Origin: Auanema rhodensis
Lineage: Eukaryota > Animalia > Nematoda
Direction of reading: 5' to 3'
Length of the DNA: 64,000 bases
NCBI GenBank assembly: GCA_964057225.1
Contig: OZ059898.1
Span: 11,718,001-11,782,000, forward strand
Shown here: in pieces, positions 1 through 16,791 of the stretch
How the letters are laid out: each line of letters begins with the position of its first letter
Position numbering within the stretch: the first letter of the stretch is position 1
The notes under the pieces: model-generated
Databases searched by the model: none
What the model was told of the DNA's origin: nothing
Seen by the model: the letters and a program-made list of their open reading frames with translations, nothing else
Made by a program: the position numbers and the translations under genes

Positions 1-1557
1 TGTCGTCTATTCTCATGTGTAGGTGCTTTCCCTACCTCAACCCAACAACTTCGATCTTACAGCGTTTTCTTATTATCTGTTTACTCATTCGTGCACTAGA
101 TGCTCAGAAGATGAAATGTTTAAGTCAAAATTTACATTGCCAGCCATTCTCCGTTCTTTTCTCGTATTATCTTGCGTCATGGTTTTCCCCATCGGCATTA
201 TTGTTTTGATGACATTTTCGCTAAATTTCAAAAAAAAATTTAGAAAAGTACATTGTGTTACATTCTCTGAATGTTCTCAGTAACTTGTACTGCTTGAAAA
301 TTTTCAGTTGCTTTATCGGATTCATGTCATGTTAACGAATTTTTCCATTGCTTCGTTTTCGCTTCATCTTCACTCATATGTCTATATTTCTAGAGCATTT
401 GTGTGTGCATACTAACCGACGTTGGCTTAGGAACGTTCATGATTTTGAGAAGTTTTAGCGATTATGACTCTCAACTTTGTTGCACTGAGTAAGACTTTAA
501 TAACTATATACCATAAATTTCAAAAATTATAATATTTTTATCAAAACATTGTGTTTTTTTAATTCCTATTTATGTTTCACACAAAAAATTCTTGCAAAGA
601 TTTTCATATTTTTCTCATTCTCTCCGCCAAGAGAAACTCGAGCAGTTGCTATCTTCTTCAACAACTTTTCATCGAGAAAACCCCACTTTCAGCCAATTTT
701 CCCATGAAAAACCAAACCTTTGATCTACCATTTGGTGATTTTTGAAGTTCATCATTGAATGGTATCGATGAAGTTTTGTAAAGACCGAATTCCACCTTGA
801 AAATCTTTTTTCTTCTCAAAAACTCCAGCCTATCTGGTTGATATGTTTGCGAAAACGTTGTTTTATTAGTCCCCGTGGGTTCCTCTGAACAATTACCACG
901 GATAATTTCGTTATCAGTCTCGCTTACACATTTCTTTTTCCCGTTCAACTTAATTTATTTATTGAAACATAATAATAACAATAATTGCATATCTTAATTG
1001 GATATATTGGTATCTCATAGAAAATCTATTTCAATTCTAGTCCGAGATCTTATTGATTGGCTAGAGATCTTTCTTAACAGCTGGCCTCAGACCTCCATCT
1101 TCTACTAACATACATATCTTTAATCTTTCTACAAAAGTCTAAATTTGCCTTTCAAACAATTCAACAAATTTTCTCTTATTTCTCAGAGACAGAGTAGAGC
1201 GTAAATGGCATATGTATAAATGCTCATTCTCTAGTTGAATGTGCTAGTTATTGATTCATTTGCTTGCTCTAACTCTTCTTTTCAGCTTTCTCACTTTTAA
1301 TCTTATTTTCGATGGTTTTTTCTTATACTATTTGTTGAAATATTACAATAAGAGAAATAATTTATAGGAATGTTAGAGAGGAATTTATAGAAAATGATGA
1401 ATAAAACTGAACCCAATTTCTTATCACCGCCAAGCTTGCCCAAAAATTTAAAAGGGTGAGCCGTCTCTCTAATAAAATTTATTTTCAACACTGAAAGTCC
1501 AAACAGCATCCTATTTTCCAAAATAATCTTTTTTTTATTTTATCAATTCATTTTCAG

Positions 1558-2488
1558 CGTTGAACGCTCAAAATCTTTAAACAGTGCACTTAAGAAATGT
1601 AATCGCAGCCCAGAAGAGAAAAAGGTTTAGTAGACAATATGTTACAACCTGATTTGATGCTGATTTAGGTTGTCAGTTTTGCCGATTCCATGGGCTTAGA
1701 TTTATGTCACATAAGACCAATTTTTCCATACAATACAAGTGATGAAGAATTGTTTTCTTCGTCTCCACCCGTCGTCAATCCAACAATACGAAGGTTTGCT
1801 TTCATTTTTTGGAAATATTTCATATGCTTCCACATCTTTCAGCTCATCACAGCCTGTCAATCAACTGCGAAACACTTCCTCTCTTAACTGCCCACGATAT
1901 CTTCAATTGAAAAGTAGTCCATATCCAGCATGGAAAGATCATTTACAAGTACAACGAGATCTAGCAAACAAAGTATCAAAAGATCATCATTTCATCTTTT
2001 AATTCAATTTGATTAAGGCAAAAAACAACGGAATCTGTCTCAAATCATCAAACGTTATAGGAATGACCTTCAGTGGTGTCATATCTGTTCTTAATATATC
2101 ATATTCAAAACAGGTAAGAAAGATTCTTCAAAATACACAAGAAATCAACTTTTTCAGGTTTTCGTCCGATATACTGTTGATAACTGGGCAAGTTTCGTTG
2201 AAATGCCAGCACACTTCCTGAACAGTAATCATCAAGACAAACTAGATTACTTTACTTTCTCTATATTTTTACCTTCCACTATACCAGTGGGAGCTATGTG
2301 CGAATTTTGTTTACGTTACGTTTCTGAAGGAAAAGAGTTCTGGGATAATAATGATGGTACGAACTACAGATTAGAGGTAGAAACTACTATCATCTCATGC
2401 CTACTCAACTTTATTCTTCCAGGTTCGAACTTTAGCAGTATCGTACTTAGATATTTCGAGAGATTACGATCAACCACGGTTTTATTAA
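1558..2488 (+). CDS. Protein phosphatase 1 glycogen-targeting subunit (PPP1R3/CBM21 family), spliced; 5' exons unresolved
   Basis: Spliced translation gives KKVVSFADSMGLDL (RVxF-type PP1 docking motif). It also gives CBM21 motifs GVISVLNISYSKQVFVRYTVDNW and EFCLRY..EFWDNNDGTNY. Stop TAA at 2486-2488. Confidence 0.9.
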
Positions 2489-2741
2489 CTTTGATATTTA
2501 TATGTTATTCAAATAACATAACGGGTCATAGAAAATTGAACGAATTGCTCAACTTTAATAGCTTTACGAGTTTTTTCATTATTACGAATCGTTGATTTTA
2601 TAAAGTATAAAGATTTTTATGAGTCAGTACAAAATTTTATTTACCTAGCGCATGATATCATCAACAGTTTAAATTGACAAAATACAAGACTCCGACCAAA
2701 AACAACTCGTATATATTAACTCGGGAGAGAACAACCACATA

Positions 2742-5700
2742 TTAGCTAAATAAGTGACCGGAATAATTATGTATTCGGGATAGGATTTTCCTTAAACTTG
2801 ATGAACATAAAACCTGAAAAAGTACAAGTTAATATAGTTAAGTCAAATAAGTGCAGATACCGATTCAATCTGCAAACTTTCATCTGCTAGTAAGATAGCG
2901 ATTTCCACAATAGCCTTATGATCAGGAATAGCATGTAAAGAGTTTATGAAAATTTCCAAAATTTCTGTTGTGCATTGATCCCGTAACGCACGGAGTTGGT
3001 TAGTTCTGTCAGGCTGAAAAGAATTCTATAAATTACGATTATGTTATATGACTCACTTCATCCGGCGATTGGAATCTCCAGCCTTCGTGTCTGAATAATT
3101 TTTCACTCATTTCCATAGTTTTCTAAATTTCTTAAATCAATGCATTTATCATAATTCGAAAGAACTTGTTTATAAATATCAATATTGGCAAGACGTCGTC
3201 TCATTTCAGCTTGTTTCTGATTTTCCTCTAATGCTCGTCCCGTAGATTGAACAAGGTCCAAGTTTTTCCAATCTCCATCTTTCTCGTTCAAAATACTGAA
3301 CTAAAACATTGCGCAAATGCAAAAAGAATTAGATCACCTTTTCTGGAGATTGTGCACTTGATATTTGTGAAGTTTCACAGCGAGATCAGCCAATTTCTCA
3401 CATGTGTTATGGGTTTCCTGCATGAAAACGTTATCAAAGTAACAACTCACTAAAAGCTTACCATAAATAGATGATGGCAATTATACTCCTGGATTTGAGA
3501 GGCAAACTTTGAACTAATTTCTTTGACGTCAACTAAATAGAGTCATGATGAGAAAAAGCGAAACCTTTGTGCTTACTATCAGATAGTAGTGTGGGTAAAT
3601 CAATGTCATTTGAGCTTGTGCTACGAATCAAAGAATATGCAGAATCTAGATCACCAGAACCTGAAGAAAATTATTGTAATTAGCTCAAGAATAAGACTAG
3701 AAAATTCCCATACCAATGAAGTGTCTAAACAAGCAGTTGGCATGCTCAACTAAAGCTGGTAATGTTCTGTCTCCGTTCAAAATAAGCCATCTGAGATTGT
3801 CAAGCAACTCGTTAGCTGATGCATCATTCTATATTTAGATTAGAAGATATTAGAAAAAAAATACATAACAGTACCGAAATTTTCTCAGCGGATAAAATGG
3901 CTAAATCATCCCTACCAAATCCAGCATCTTCCATAGCTTGCATGTATTTCAAGCGTTCATCATCTCCCTTTATGACTACAAATTTGTTTTGAATAACATT
4001 TTTTGCATGTTGTATTACCTCTCATAATCTTCAATAATAGCTGGTCAGCATCCGGCCTAGGCAGAAACGAGGCATAAGTTGGGATAAATTCATACATTTT
4101 TCTTTCTGCTAATCTCTGGATGAAGGCATTGATAACAATTTCAGCATCTTCAGACTTAAAAATTCAATTGTATGCAAATGAAAAAGACTAAATACATACA
4201 GAATGATCATATTGTTTAGCTCTAACAATAGAAGTCATATTGGCGAAGAATCGAAGTAATTGATTATCCATGTCGGGAGAGTTTTTTACCATATCTGCCA
4301 TCCATGCTACAAGTTCAGACCACTCTCTTCTTAGAAGTAAATCATAAAGAACGAAATATGGAAATCGTTCAGTCTGAAAATTGATAATTATGAAACAATA
4401 TCAACTGTTGATATTAACTGCAAGGATTTCGCCAAAAATGGACTGAGAAGATGAAGGCACATCTTCAATCATTGAACCACTGCATGCTTCTTGTAACCTG
4501 AAACATACGAGTTAGCTTCATACGTACAATATGTTTCACTACTTGTTTAAGGTAGCTGCGTTCGAATAACACCATAATCTGTCCTCGGTGCGAGTAGCCA
4601 TTGATAAAAGAGGCTCTAACAATCCCGCGATAGAGCACCAAATCATTTTAACAAATGGCGACATACCACTCTAGAAATGCGGAATAAGACTGCCATATAG
4701 ACAACAAAATTAATAAACCTTCTCTTGAACCATTTTCTTAATAGTTTTTAAGAAAAACAATCTTTTGCATGGAATACTAGCCTTACTATCGCGGGCCGAA
4801 ATAGGAGAAAGCTCAGGATCAACAAGGAAATTGTACATATGTAGTGGAGCAGCAAGGGAAGGCATACCAACTTGGCGGACTAGTTCAATAGCCTGAAATC
4901 GTCAAAAAAATGTTTTAAACCTTTTCACCGCGTACCTCATTAATTTTTCCACATCTAACAAGACTAAACACAACTCGAATAAGCTTTTCCTCAACGATGC
5001 CATCCGATTCTGTAGGGTTAGAGTCAATATCAACACCAAAGTTACGATTTTGTATTGAGCGTAGCACTCCAGATCTAATAATCAACAATTTAACCGAAGC
5101 TAAAAAATTGATACTTACCTAATGTTTCGAACAACTCCCAAAGATCTAACACCTTCAACCAATTCAGAGAATCCCTTTGGATCTTCAACGGCTGCATCGT
5201 GGCACCAACGCCAGATGGTCTGAAATGTCTAATACTCCCAGTCAAAATTCTCAAGCTTACATAAACTGATCGAAATTCCTTATCTTGACAAATCAAGTTA
5301 GCTAGTACAGATTTATTCTAAAAACACATAAAAATGATGAATAAGAAAGTTTTATGATACCTCAAAGATAGAATATTCCTCGATCAGACTAGTTTCTTTT
5401 AACACCAATTTATAAGCCTTTCCTTCGTAAGATATATATTTAAGAATAGCTGTTAATGCAGGATTGGTTGTACCATCCAACATAATATTTAAAGCTTTTT
5501 GCATATCAGCAATTCTCTGAAACATATTATAATTCACAAATTTGAGCGAAATGTACCTCTTCCAATACGGCCCAAATATCAAGAGCTTCTCCCTTTTGAA
5601 CATGTTTGATTACATCATGAAAATCGCTGTGTACATTAAAATCGACTAAATATAAGTATAACTCAGTATATATAATATTATGAGCTTACGATCTTTGAAA

Positions 5701-5873
5701 ATGTCGTGTGAATCGCCTCGAACAACATGACTGTCTTCCAATAAGTCTAATCTTTTATCGACGACTTCAGTATTATGAAGAAAATGTGCTTCTCCTTTAT
5801 CTTTGGGCCTTCAATATTATATGCATGTTATAAACAAAATTTATTAAACTCACCAACTTGAAAACTTCGACAT
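2742..5873 (-). CDS. npp-5: Nucleoporin Nup107 (multi-exon)
   Basis: ATG at 5873 follows a TTTTAG acceptor. Segments VFSLVRCGKINEAIELVRQVG, IWCSIAGLLEPLLSMATRTEDRLWCY and C-terminal EGW..RTNQLRALRDQC..LADESLQIESVLCSSSLRKIL parallel the Nup107 pattern as recalled. Confidence 0.8.
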
Positions 5874-7404
5874 TCCTAGCTAAAAGAAATCTTTGAAAGC
5901 AAAAAAATTCAAATAAACCCTTGTGGTCGTACTAAAAATATTTTACGCACTTTTGCGACCGAAAATGCTTGCTAATTTCAAAAAAAAGAAGGAATAGCTC
6001 TGAGAAAATTGGATGATGCACTTTTTGCAAACCTCTTGATTTTATTTTAAATGCAAATGATTAGCATATATCTAACATTTTCACGTTTCACGAGAAAATT
6101 TGTTTATTATTTCCAACGATAAGAAGACGTAGAGAGGTTGCTATACATGTATCTACAAAAATTCATTAATTCGGAAATGTACAGACGGCGAATATCATTT
6201 CTTTTTTGGATGTTTTCAAATATACAAAAGTTTTTATAATATTAAGCTACCCTCATTCCCCATATCTTTTGTTCAGATTTCAGACTTGCAATAACGTAAG
6301 CTACAGTTTTATTCTAATAGTATACATATGTGCAAAAATTCAAAACAAATTAATTTTTCTTAATCATCGGTTATACACTTTCGTTGTGGGAGAGGTATGC
6401 TACTTAATTTTACCAACAGTCTTCTTATTTGAGATTAACCAAAGCTCAGCTCATGCTTTTCAAGCAGAAATTATGTGATATCCATGGAAGATCATTTATG
6501 CTATTGTCATGCAGCCATCTGAATTGTTAGAAAAATGAAGTGAGCTCTTAATCTTAGTTATAAGAAATGAATTATTATCTCTAATACTTCTGAAGCTGAT
6601 GTGTTAATGTCTTGGTGTATTAGAGCCGGAAACTGGTGTGTGCCCATGCTGGAGTAATGACGAAGATGATGTCACATGAATTGGGATATTAGAGGTCAGA
6701 AACTCGATTAAGATGACAAAATCTTGTGACATGCATTAAGTAAGCTAGCTTCTCTGGTTTTTTCTTAACTTCCCATATGCTTCGCTCTTGTTCATGTGTG
6801 TCGCCATTGTGACGTAACCACTCCCCTATCACAGATATCTGAGAAAGAAAAAGGCTTCAGTATTGGAACAATCTTAATCATAAATTTCTTTCTGGTGACC
6901 TCATAATGATTAAAAAACAGCGAGATATATAGAATGACGTATACCCCAGAACCAAAGGTTGTGAGATTTAGATGTACCTATAATCTACATAACTGATTAA
7001 GTCTTATATATTGTGACATTATATTTTCATTTTATGTACATGACATGTTTCTGCTGAATTTCTTTATTTTTTTCCGAAAAAAGGACAATAGGTTTTCAAT
7101 TTCTTCCGTAATCAAACATATGATGTATGATTTATGAAATCAATCTATTAAAAATTGTTTTCAAATAGAATATTCAAAGAAATTTAAAAAAAAAACAAGA
7201 AAGACTATTATGGAAATATGATTATAGATGAAGATGGAAAACAAAGCATGTTTCTTAAGATAACATAGTGTTTAGCAATAACAGTACGACGTATGTTTAT
7301 CTGAACTTAATCATTGAGAGAAAAACGAAGAATAAGAATTAGGAGTTAAGTAATAACGGTAAACAAGACTTACTCTTGATTATCTATCAGTATTTCAATG
7401 CAAT

Positions 7405-7455
7405 ATTCATACATACATACATCTACATATACATATACATATATATACATATTTG

Positions 7456-7495
<40 letters not shown>
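7405..7495. repeat. (TACA)/(TA)n microsatellite
   Basis: Directly visible; explains the YIYIYI ORFs. Confidence 0.95.
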
Positions 7496-7497
<2 letters not shown>

Positions 7498-8177
7498 CAA
7501 ATAAAAATATTATTAATGACATATTCTCATTTCTAGTTGAATTGGGTTTAATAAGGCATTCTACCCTTGTTGTATATGCAAGTGCATTCAAGTCCAACAA
7601 CACTAGACCGTATTTAAACTGAAAATATATGAAATTTTTTTTTATTTGAATTAATTCTGAGCACGAAGGGGATTCCAGGGTAAAAATAGGGTAAGCAAGC
7701 TTGAAAAAAAGCTGTAGGTTGATCAAACTAAAATTAGAAACCTCCTTCACATCTCCTGTTTTATTAGCCTCGAATAACTAACTTATAACGTGGGCTAAAA
7801 CTTGTCATCTTTTTATTCATCTAGTGACATGTAGTTTTTGGTCCCAATAGTAAAAGAGTTCAGTGTCTAATTACAACTCTCAAATAACTGGTGAACCGTG
7901 ATGCCGTGGTATGTCTGTTGTCAAATCGCCCACGAGTCCGATAACGGCCATCGTTTGTATCCCTTTTGGAGCCTTGAGTTTGAACATCCTTCCAATATTT
8001 TATAAATTATCTCTTTTCATCCAAATAATTTTTCTCTCGCTTGTTTTCTCATTATCCCCTTTCTGTTTCCGATATCTCTCTTTTTTCTCTATTTCTCTTC
8101 AAATAAGAAGGAAAGAGCTTCAACATTCGCTACGGCTAGTGAAGCTCCGCCCAATATCCGCTCATAGCTCTACTCCA

Positions 8178-8184
8178 TATAAAA
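8178..8184 (+). promoter_or_regulatory. Probable TATA box of the IL-17-like gene
   Basis: TATAAAA about 100 nt upstream of ATG 8276. Confidence 0.5.
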
Positions 8185-8275
8185 GGCAGCCCCAGCTTTC
8201 GGGAGCTATTTCAAATACGGTAGCTTCTCCTTAAGTCTCTTAACTAGATTATTCATCTAATCATTTGTCACCGAC

Positions 8276-10614
8276 ATGCAGTCTGTCATGATGCCAGCTA
8301 CTGTTCAACTTTTTATGTTAATAGTAAGTTTCAAGTATGGTTTTTTATAATTCAGAAACTAACTATCAGCATGAAATAATCTAGCTTATTCACATTCTAA
8401 GAATTGAAGATCCTCATGTTCTTATGTTGTCTTACCCATTCTATATATTCTATTACTATTACTATTTTTCAAAAGACTAGTTATTTCTTGTTTCTCATTT
8501 CTCGTTATACTCATCTTGTTTTCGAAACATCCTAATTTTAAATTATTTAAACTTCAAGAAAATAAATAAATAAGAATGACTACTACGATGCTAATCCCAT
8601 TATGGCAAGACAGTTTTGAACAACATAACCTCAGAAAAATAATTTTTTTTTCTTAAAACTCCTAACTAATTCGATATTAAATCAAATGTTTTCAGTATAT
8701 TGTTGGTCAAGTAAGCTTCTGTTATGGGGCTTGCCCAGGCAATATGACATCATATGTATTCGGAAATGTATTTCTGTCTAATGCAGGCCACTCTCTGGCC
8801 AGAGGACCACTGTAAGTTTCCTACATTAAATCGTATTTATAAGATATTACACTTAGAATTCCCATAAAATATAGAATATTGAAAACAAATTAAAAGAGCA
8901 TGTCTTTCACTTCTAGAGTATATTGAACAATGTTTACAAGATATTAGACTCTAGCACATAATTTCTCCATACGTGCATATAAATACATATATCATTCGTC
9001 CTGTTCAATTTTTCCATAATGTAAAATGCTAAAAGCTTCCCACACCTTTTAAATCTTAAGAATCAGTAGCTGATCACTTGTGAATATTCAGTAGCAAGAT
9101 TCTTTATTATTCATTTGACTAGAAGTTAATAGATTGCTGAGTAACATTTTCGGCCATTGAAGACAATTTTCGCAAGTTAACACAAAATCACAAACTCAAA
9201 CATGTTGTTATTCTCACGCTAATAACCTTTCGAAATAAACTTTCAAATTTCAAGAAAAGTTTTTTTTTCCTTTTTTTTGTGTTCATGAGCACTATAAATA
9301 TCTATGTATATCTATATAAATACAAAATATCAGTAAACATCTGGGATTGAAGATATGCGAGCTGTTAGGCATCAGTAAACACTCGTTTTTTATGCGAATA
9401 CTTATAGTCAGCTCAACAAAAGTCCAAAAAAAGTTCGGGAAAAAATAGATATAGATTCAAAAGTGGATTTCATAAAAACATCAAACTTTCTTTAAACTTA
9501 CAGCATTATAGTTCCTTGTAATACTTTCAAGCTGTCGCAATATAAATTTGTGCTATATGAGTTTTTTTGTGACGTAAGCCTAGCACATTGACAAAAAATA
9601 TAATGCTACAAATAGAATTGAGGAATTGAGGAAAGCGTTCATATATGATTAGAAGAAATTTGAGATACTACAACTTTTATAAAGCCAACAAATATTTTTT
9701 GGAAAGCTCCTGTCTATATAACAGTAGACATATAACATTTCTAAAAATCGCATAGTTTATTTTCGTGGCATTTAAGATGAAAAACTGAAACGCCTACGCA
9801 TTTTCCAATCTTTTTTAAAACTTATTCCAAAACCTCTATTACTTATTCAGAAGTCGTAGGCGCCTTATGTGATACTGGCTATCTATATATTCAATGGTGA
9901 ACTTTATTAAATAAAACTCCTCAATGAAGTTTATCCTTTAAATATCTCATTTCCCTTGATCTTCTTGTCTACTAAATGACGATAAGCACATGTTTAGAAG
10001 AAGAGAATAGTTAATTTAGTACTTTTCTAATCTTTTTTATAACCTTTCGTCTACTAATTTCTCTATTTTTAGCACCATGGTCTTACCATCCGACAGCGAA
10101 TTTGTATTAAAACAACGACTCCGAAGACATGTAGTATGTGGAAGAACCATACGAAATAGAAAACAAGGCCTTTTTGGGCTCAATTATGAGCAACGAGCAG
10201 TATGCCCATATCGCCATATCATAAATAAGAATGCCAATGTACTAGCAAAACTTTGATTTATCAACTTAATTTTTACCAATTTCAGAGAATTCCAGAAGTT
10301 TTGGAAGAAGTTATGTGTGAATGTGACAGACCGTCACATCTTTCCCCATATACGGAGATTCGATGCCAGCCAGTTAAGTATCGGATGCCAGTTCTTTATA
10401 AAGATGAAAACAGTGGAGAATTTGTTGCCAGTCACGAGGAACTAACATTAGCTTGCATACCACTAGTCCCTGTAAGTTCCCCACAAAAGTTGATCGTATT
10501 GCTCTAAAGTACATCGATTACCGCAATAGCACATTCGCTTCGTAATAAGTCTTCATCATATAATTGTTTCAGAAAGAGGATGACGAATCATTCGAAATGC
10601 AACCATTACATTGA
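8276..10614 (+). CDS. ilc-17: IL-17-like secreted cystine-knot cytokine; exons 8276-8323, 8696-8811, 10073-10238, 10287-10471, 10573-10614 (approximate)
   Basis: Phase-consistent exons give a hydrophobic N-terminus, RLRR, then RAVCPYRHIINKNANRIPEVLEEVMCEC...CQPVKYRMPVL...LTLACIPLV. This matches the nematode ILC-17 pattern (R..CPY.H....RIP..I.E..C.C...C.P..Y...V....LAC.P). Paralog number is uncertain. Confidence 0.85.
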
Positions 10615-11446
10615 ATATCGGAAAAAGATATGCTGTTATTGATTAAAAAGAAGAATAGAAATTTCCAAAAGAAGTTGTAGATCTTTGCAAGCTACCAATT
10701 GACACAGTCTTCTCTCCCATATCTGGATAGAGTTGTTCGTCGTCTATGTGTCATGTCGTCGGTACAGTAGTTATCGGAATCGAATCCGAAAAATTGAAAT
10801 AATCAAACAATTCTAAACCTTTCATATCCTATTTACCACTACACTTACGTATAACGTTTAGAAAACATTTTCACATAAATGGCCTTTTGATGATTTATTT
10901 TCCTGAATACAAAATCCCCCTAATACAACCTTAGACTGAATCTAGGTCTCAGAAACAAATATATGGATTTATGAGATTCCAAAAAAAAAACTTGCGGGTG
11001 CCTCGATGAACTCCTCTATAAAGACATGGATCTCCTCTTAACATAATGATCTGAATAGCAACGAAACATTGAATCTTAATTTGTTTATATAGTTATGTTT
11101 TTTAACTTTTTATATTCGTAATCTCTGTTAAATATATCGTAATATTATGTAGAATAAAAGTTTTAATAAAGATAAAAATATCTTAAGCTTAAATGTTATT
11201 ACTTACATTTTTATATTAGACACCGAGCAGTGAAACGAGTATTTTAGTTACAATTTCACTAGAAGATATCACAAATTATGATAATTTATATTGGTAATAG
11301 TATTAAGAATCGAATTAAAAATATAATTATAATGCAAAAAATAATAAGGCAATCCAAGGTGAATTCTGAAAACGAAGGAGATTCCCTTCCCTAAAACCCG
11401 TAAAAAATCACATAAAAAAGGAAAACAGGTGTGATGGCATGATATG

Positions 11447-12444
11447 TTAATTTGGCCTAAGGATAAGAATTGAAACGATTCCTAGAATATAAGCTGCAAC
11501 CAATTTTTGTGGCATAGTTAGATGAAAATATTCTGGAACGTTTGAAGTTTCAGCATATGGATCACTTACAGTGGGCATAATCAGGGCTAATGCACATAAA
11601 AGCCCAACGACAAGGTAGGGTACTTGATTTAATTCCTAAAATATATACTTCATATTGATATTTCTTAAAAGACTCATTTCATTTGAATATTTTGTTATGG
11701 GACTCAAACTACTAAGTCATACATGATGCTAGTTTATAACAAACCCTCGATTATACGATATCGATCGAGCGATTTGGGGAAAACGTTTACTAAACTTCTA
11801 AATGGGATAAAAAATTTTTTTAGAGCGTCAGAGAAAACTGGGAAATCTTGATATTTCCCTTTTTAGGTTATCCTAATCTGTTATGTCATGACAAACCTGC
11901 GGATCTCCAACTCTTGGATCGATCGGGTGATTACCAGCAGAACTACTATCTTGTGTATTGTTCCTCCTAGTAGTTTCAGTGGTTCTTTGAACAGTTACAA
12001 GTTCAATCTCTTTCGAACCGCTCATCTATGTTGATAAACAATTACTATAAGATATATAGCTGAAGATATACTTGAGGTCGATCTTTATGTGATATTTCAA
12101 TTCTCAACTTATCGGTATTTCCAACTGCAAGTGCAGCCTTACAACGTACAGTTCTTGAAGAAAAAAACATTCAAATTGTCTTAGCAAATATTAAACTCAC
12201 AGGTCTTTACAACAATTAGGATCAATAGTTCCTGAATGTGAACCAACTTCATAGCTTGTAGTTGAAGTGCCTAATACTAATACAAAAACCTCATAATATT
12301 GTCACAAATCAATAACGAACCTCTATACTTAATAGAATATTCATACGGATTGTAAAGAGTGAACATCTGAGGTGTAAATTCAGAATGTGCAAAATTAATT
12401 CTGCGCTTAGAGACGATAACGGGAATTCTTACACTGTCACCCAT
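11447..12444 (-). CDS. Motile sperm domain-containing protein (MOSPD1/3-like; MSP domain plus two C-terminal TM segments)
   Basis: MGDSVRIPVIVS..FTLYNPYEYSIKYRV, GTIDPNCCKD, GLLCALALIMPT and VPEYFHLTMPQKLVAAYILGIVSILILRPN* match MOSPD1 motifs LTLYNPYEF and HLSVNQKLVAAYILG. Confidence 0.9.
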
Positions 12445-13241
12445 AATTCCTGGTCTAAAAATATTTTAAAGAAAACACTTGTTCATATAATTAGAAGCTA
12501 GAATAGGAAAATGGAAGCATTACATCAACTTCGTACTACTTTGTCCAGAATAATTTGCGAAGATGCCAAGATATGTAGTAAGGCATGACACCATATATCA
12601 GCTGACATCAATCAATACCACAAAAAAATGAAAAGATTTCTTCATCATGCACAACGTTATACAAGTTCCAAATTAATTAAAATGTACGACTTTTATTAAA
12701 TTAAAATATAGAAAAGAACCGAACCCGTGGTCAAGAGTTGGAACGAAACGCGCCGCGTAAAGTAAGAAAAAATGGCTAATCACACCAGATGACTATCCAA
12801 TGGAAATTGAAAAAGAACAACAACTAGAAACACAAACATATTACAGTAATGCAACTGAAAGAAGATGTCGAGAGATTGCGTAACAAAGTTGTGCTGATCA
12901 AATAACAATTAATGACTAAAAAAGCCATATCTTAAACAAGAACAACAAGTTAAACCTATGAAAGCCACCGAGGCCATAGAGCATCATTATGTTCATTAAA
13001 TAAAACGTGTGATTGACCACACAATAGAACGGGACACAGAGAAAACAGTGATAGTCCCTATTCGGATTCACAAAATGTGAAGTAAAACGAATATTCGTCA
13101 CTGGCACCTCAAACAAGTCCGCCCAAAGCGACGCGCGTCTTGTCCAACCGACCGCAAGTTTTGAGAATTGGAAGAAAAGTATTACTTACTAATATTAAAA
13201 TGAGAAGAAAAATAGGAAAAATAGTAAAAATTCGAGGTTAA

Positions 13242-16019
<2,778 letters not shown>

Positions 16020-16791
16020 CAAAAGATACAAGTCGCAAATGCGAACGAAGTTTGAGTCTTCTGAAAAAAAAAAAGTCCTAAAATTTATAAAGATCGCGAA
16101 AGATAATAATAATCCGAAATTCACAATATAATACAATAAAAAAATAATAAAAAACATTTATAAAATAAAACAAAATTTCAAATATTCTTTAGAAGGAGAA
16201 ATATTCATGAAAAGCTCAGTGCTTTTGTGGAAAAAAATCTATGGAACTACCTTAGCATTAAAGGTCTAACAAGAAACTTTTTCAAGCTCTCGCCGCGAAA
16301 AAGACACCCTTTAACTTTTTCTGATGCTCGAAAATTATTTTCGTGTACTGCACTGACTGAATCGGTCATGTCTGTGACTGTTCATGATTTGTTAAGAACG
16401 TGTAGTTCGAGACGTCTTATCACTTTGTTGTTTTTGCATAGTTTAAATACTTAAATTTCGCTAATCAATTTAATATTTTAATTATAAATTTTTGTAGTCT
16501 TAATGATAGTCATGCTTGTCTTATTTCTACTGATTATTTATATCCCGTATTGATAGCTTGACAAGATATTTTAGCGAATTATTTGCGACTAAGATTTCAA
16601 AGATATTTTTCTTATCTTCTCGCTTTTATGTTATCTAGATTAGATATCTAGGCTTCACTGTTCACTAGAAATCCTGGTTAAAAAGCTAAAATAAGTGTTA
16701 TATAATTAAAAACTGAATATTAAAATAGCTGTATAATCTTTAACAGGATATAGAAGTTTAGATATAGCCTATATAACTTATCATTTTCAAG

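Noticed and set aside
15-1521. Short ORFs upstream of the CBM21 gene, including a TM-like ORF at 23-283
   Set aside because: They could be its 5' exons, but I could not build a unique phase-consistent model or recognise a motif.
7370-7750. 126-aa and 74-aa ORFs
   Set aside because: The open frames arise from the (TA)n microsatellite.
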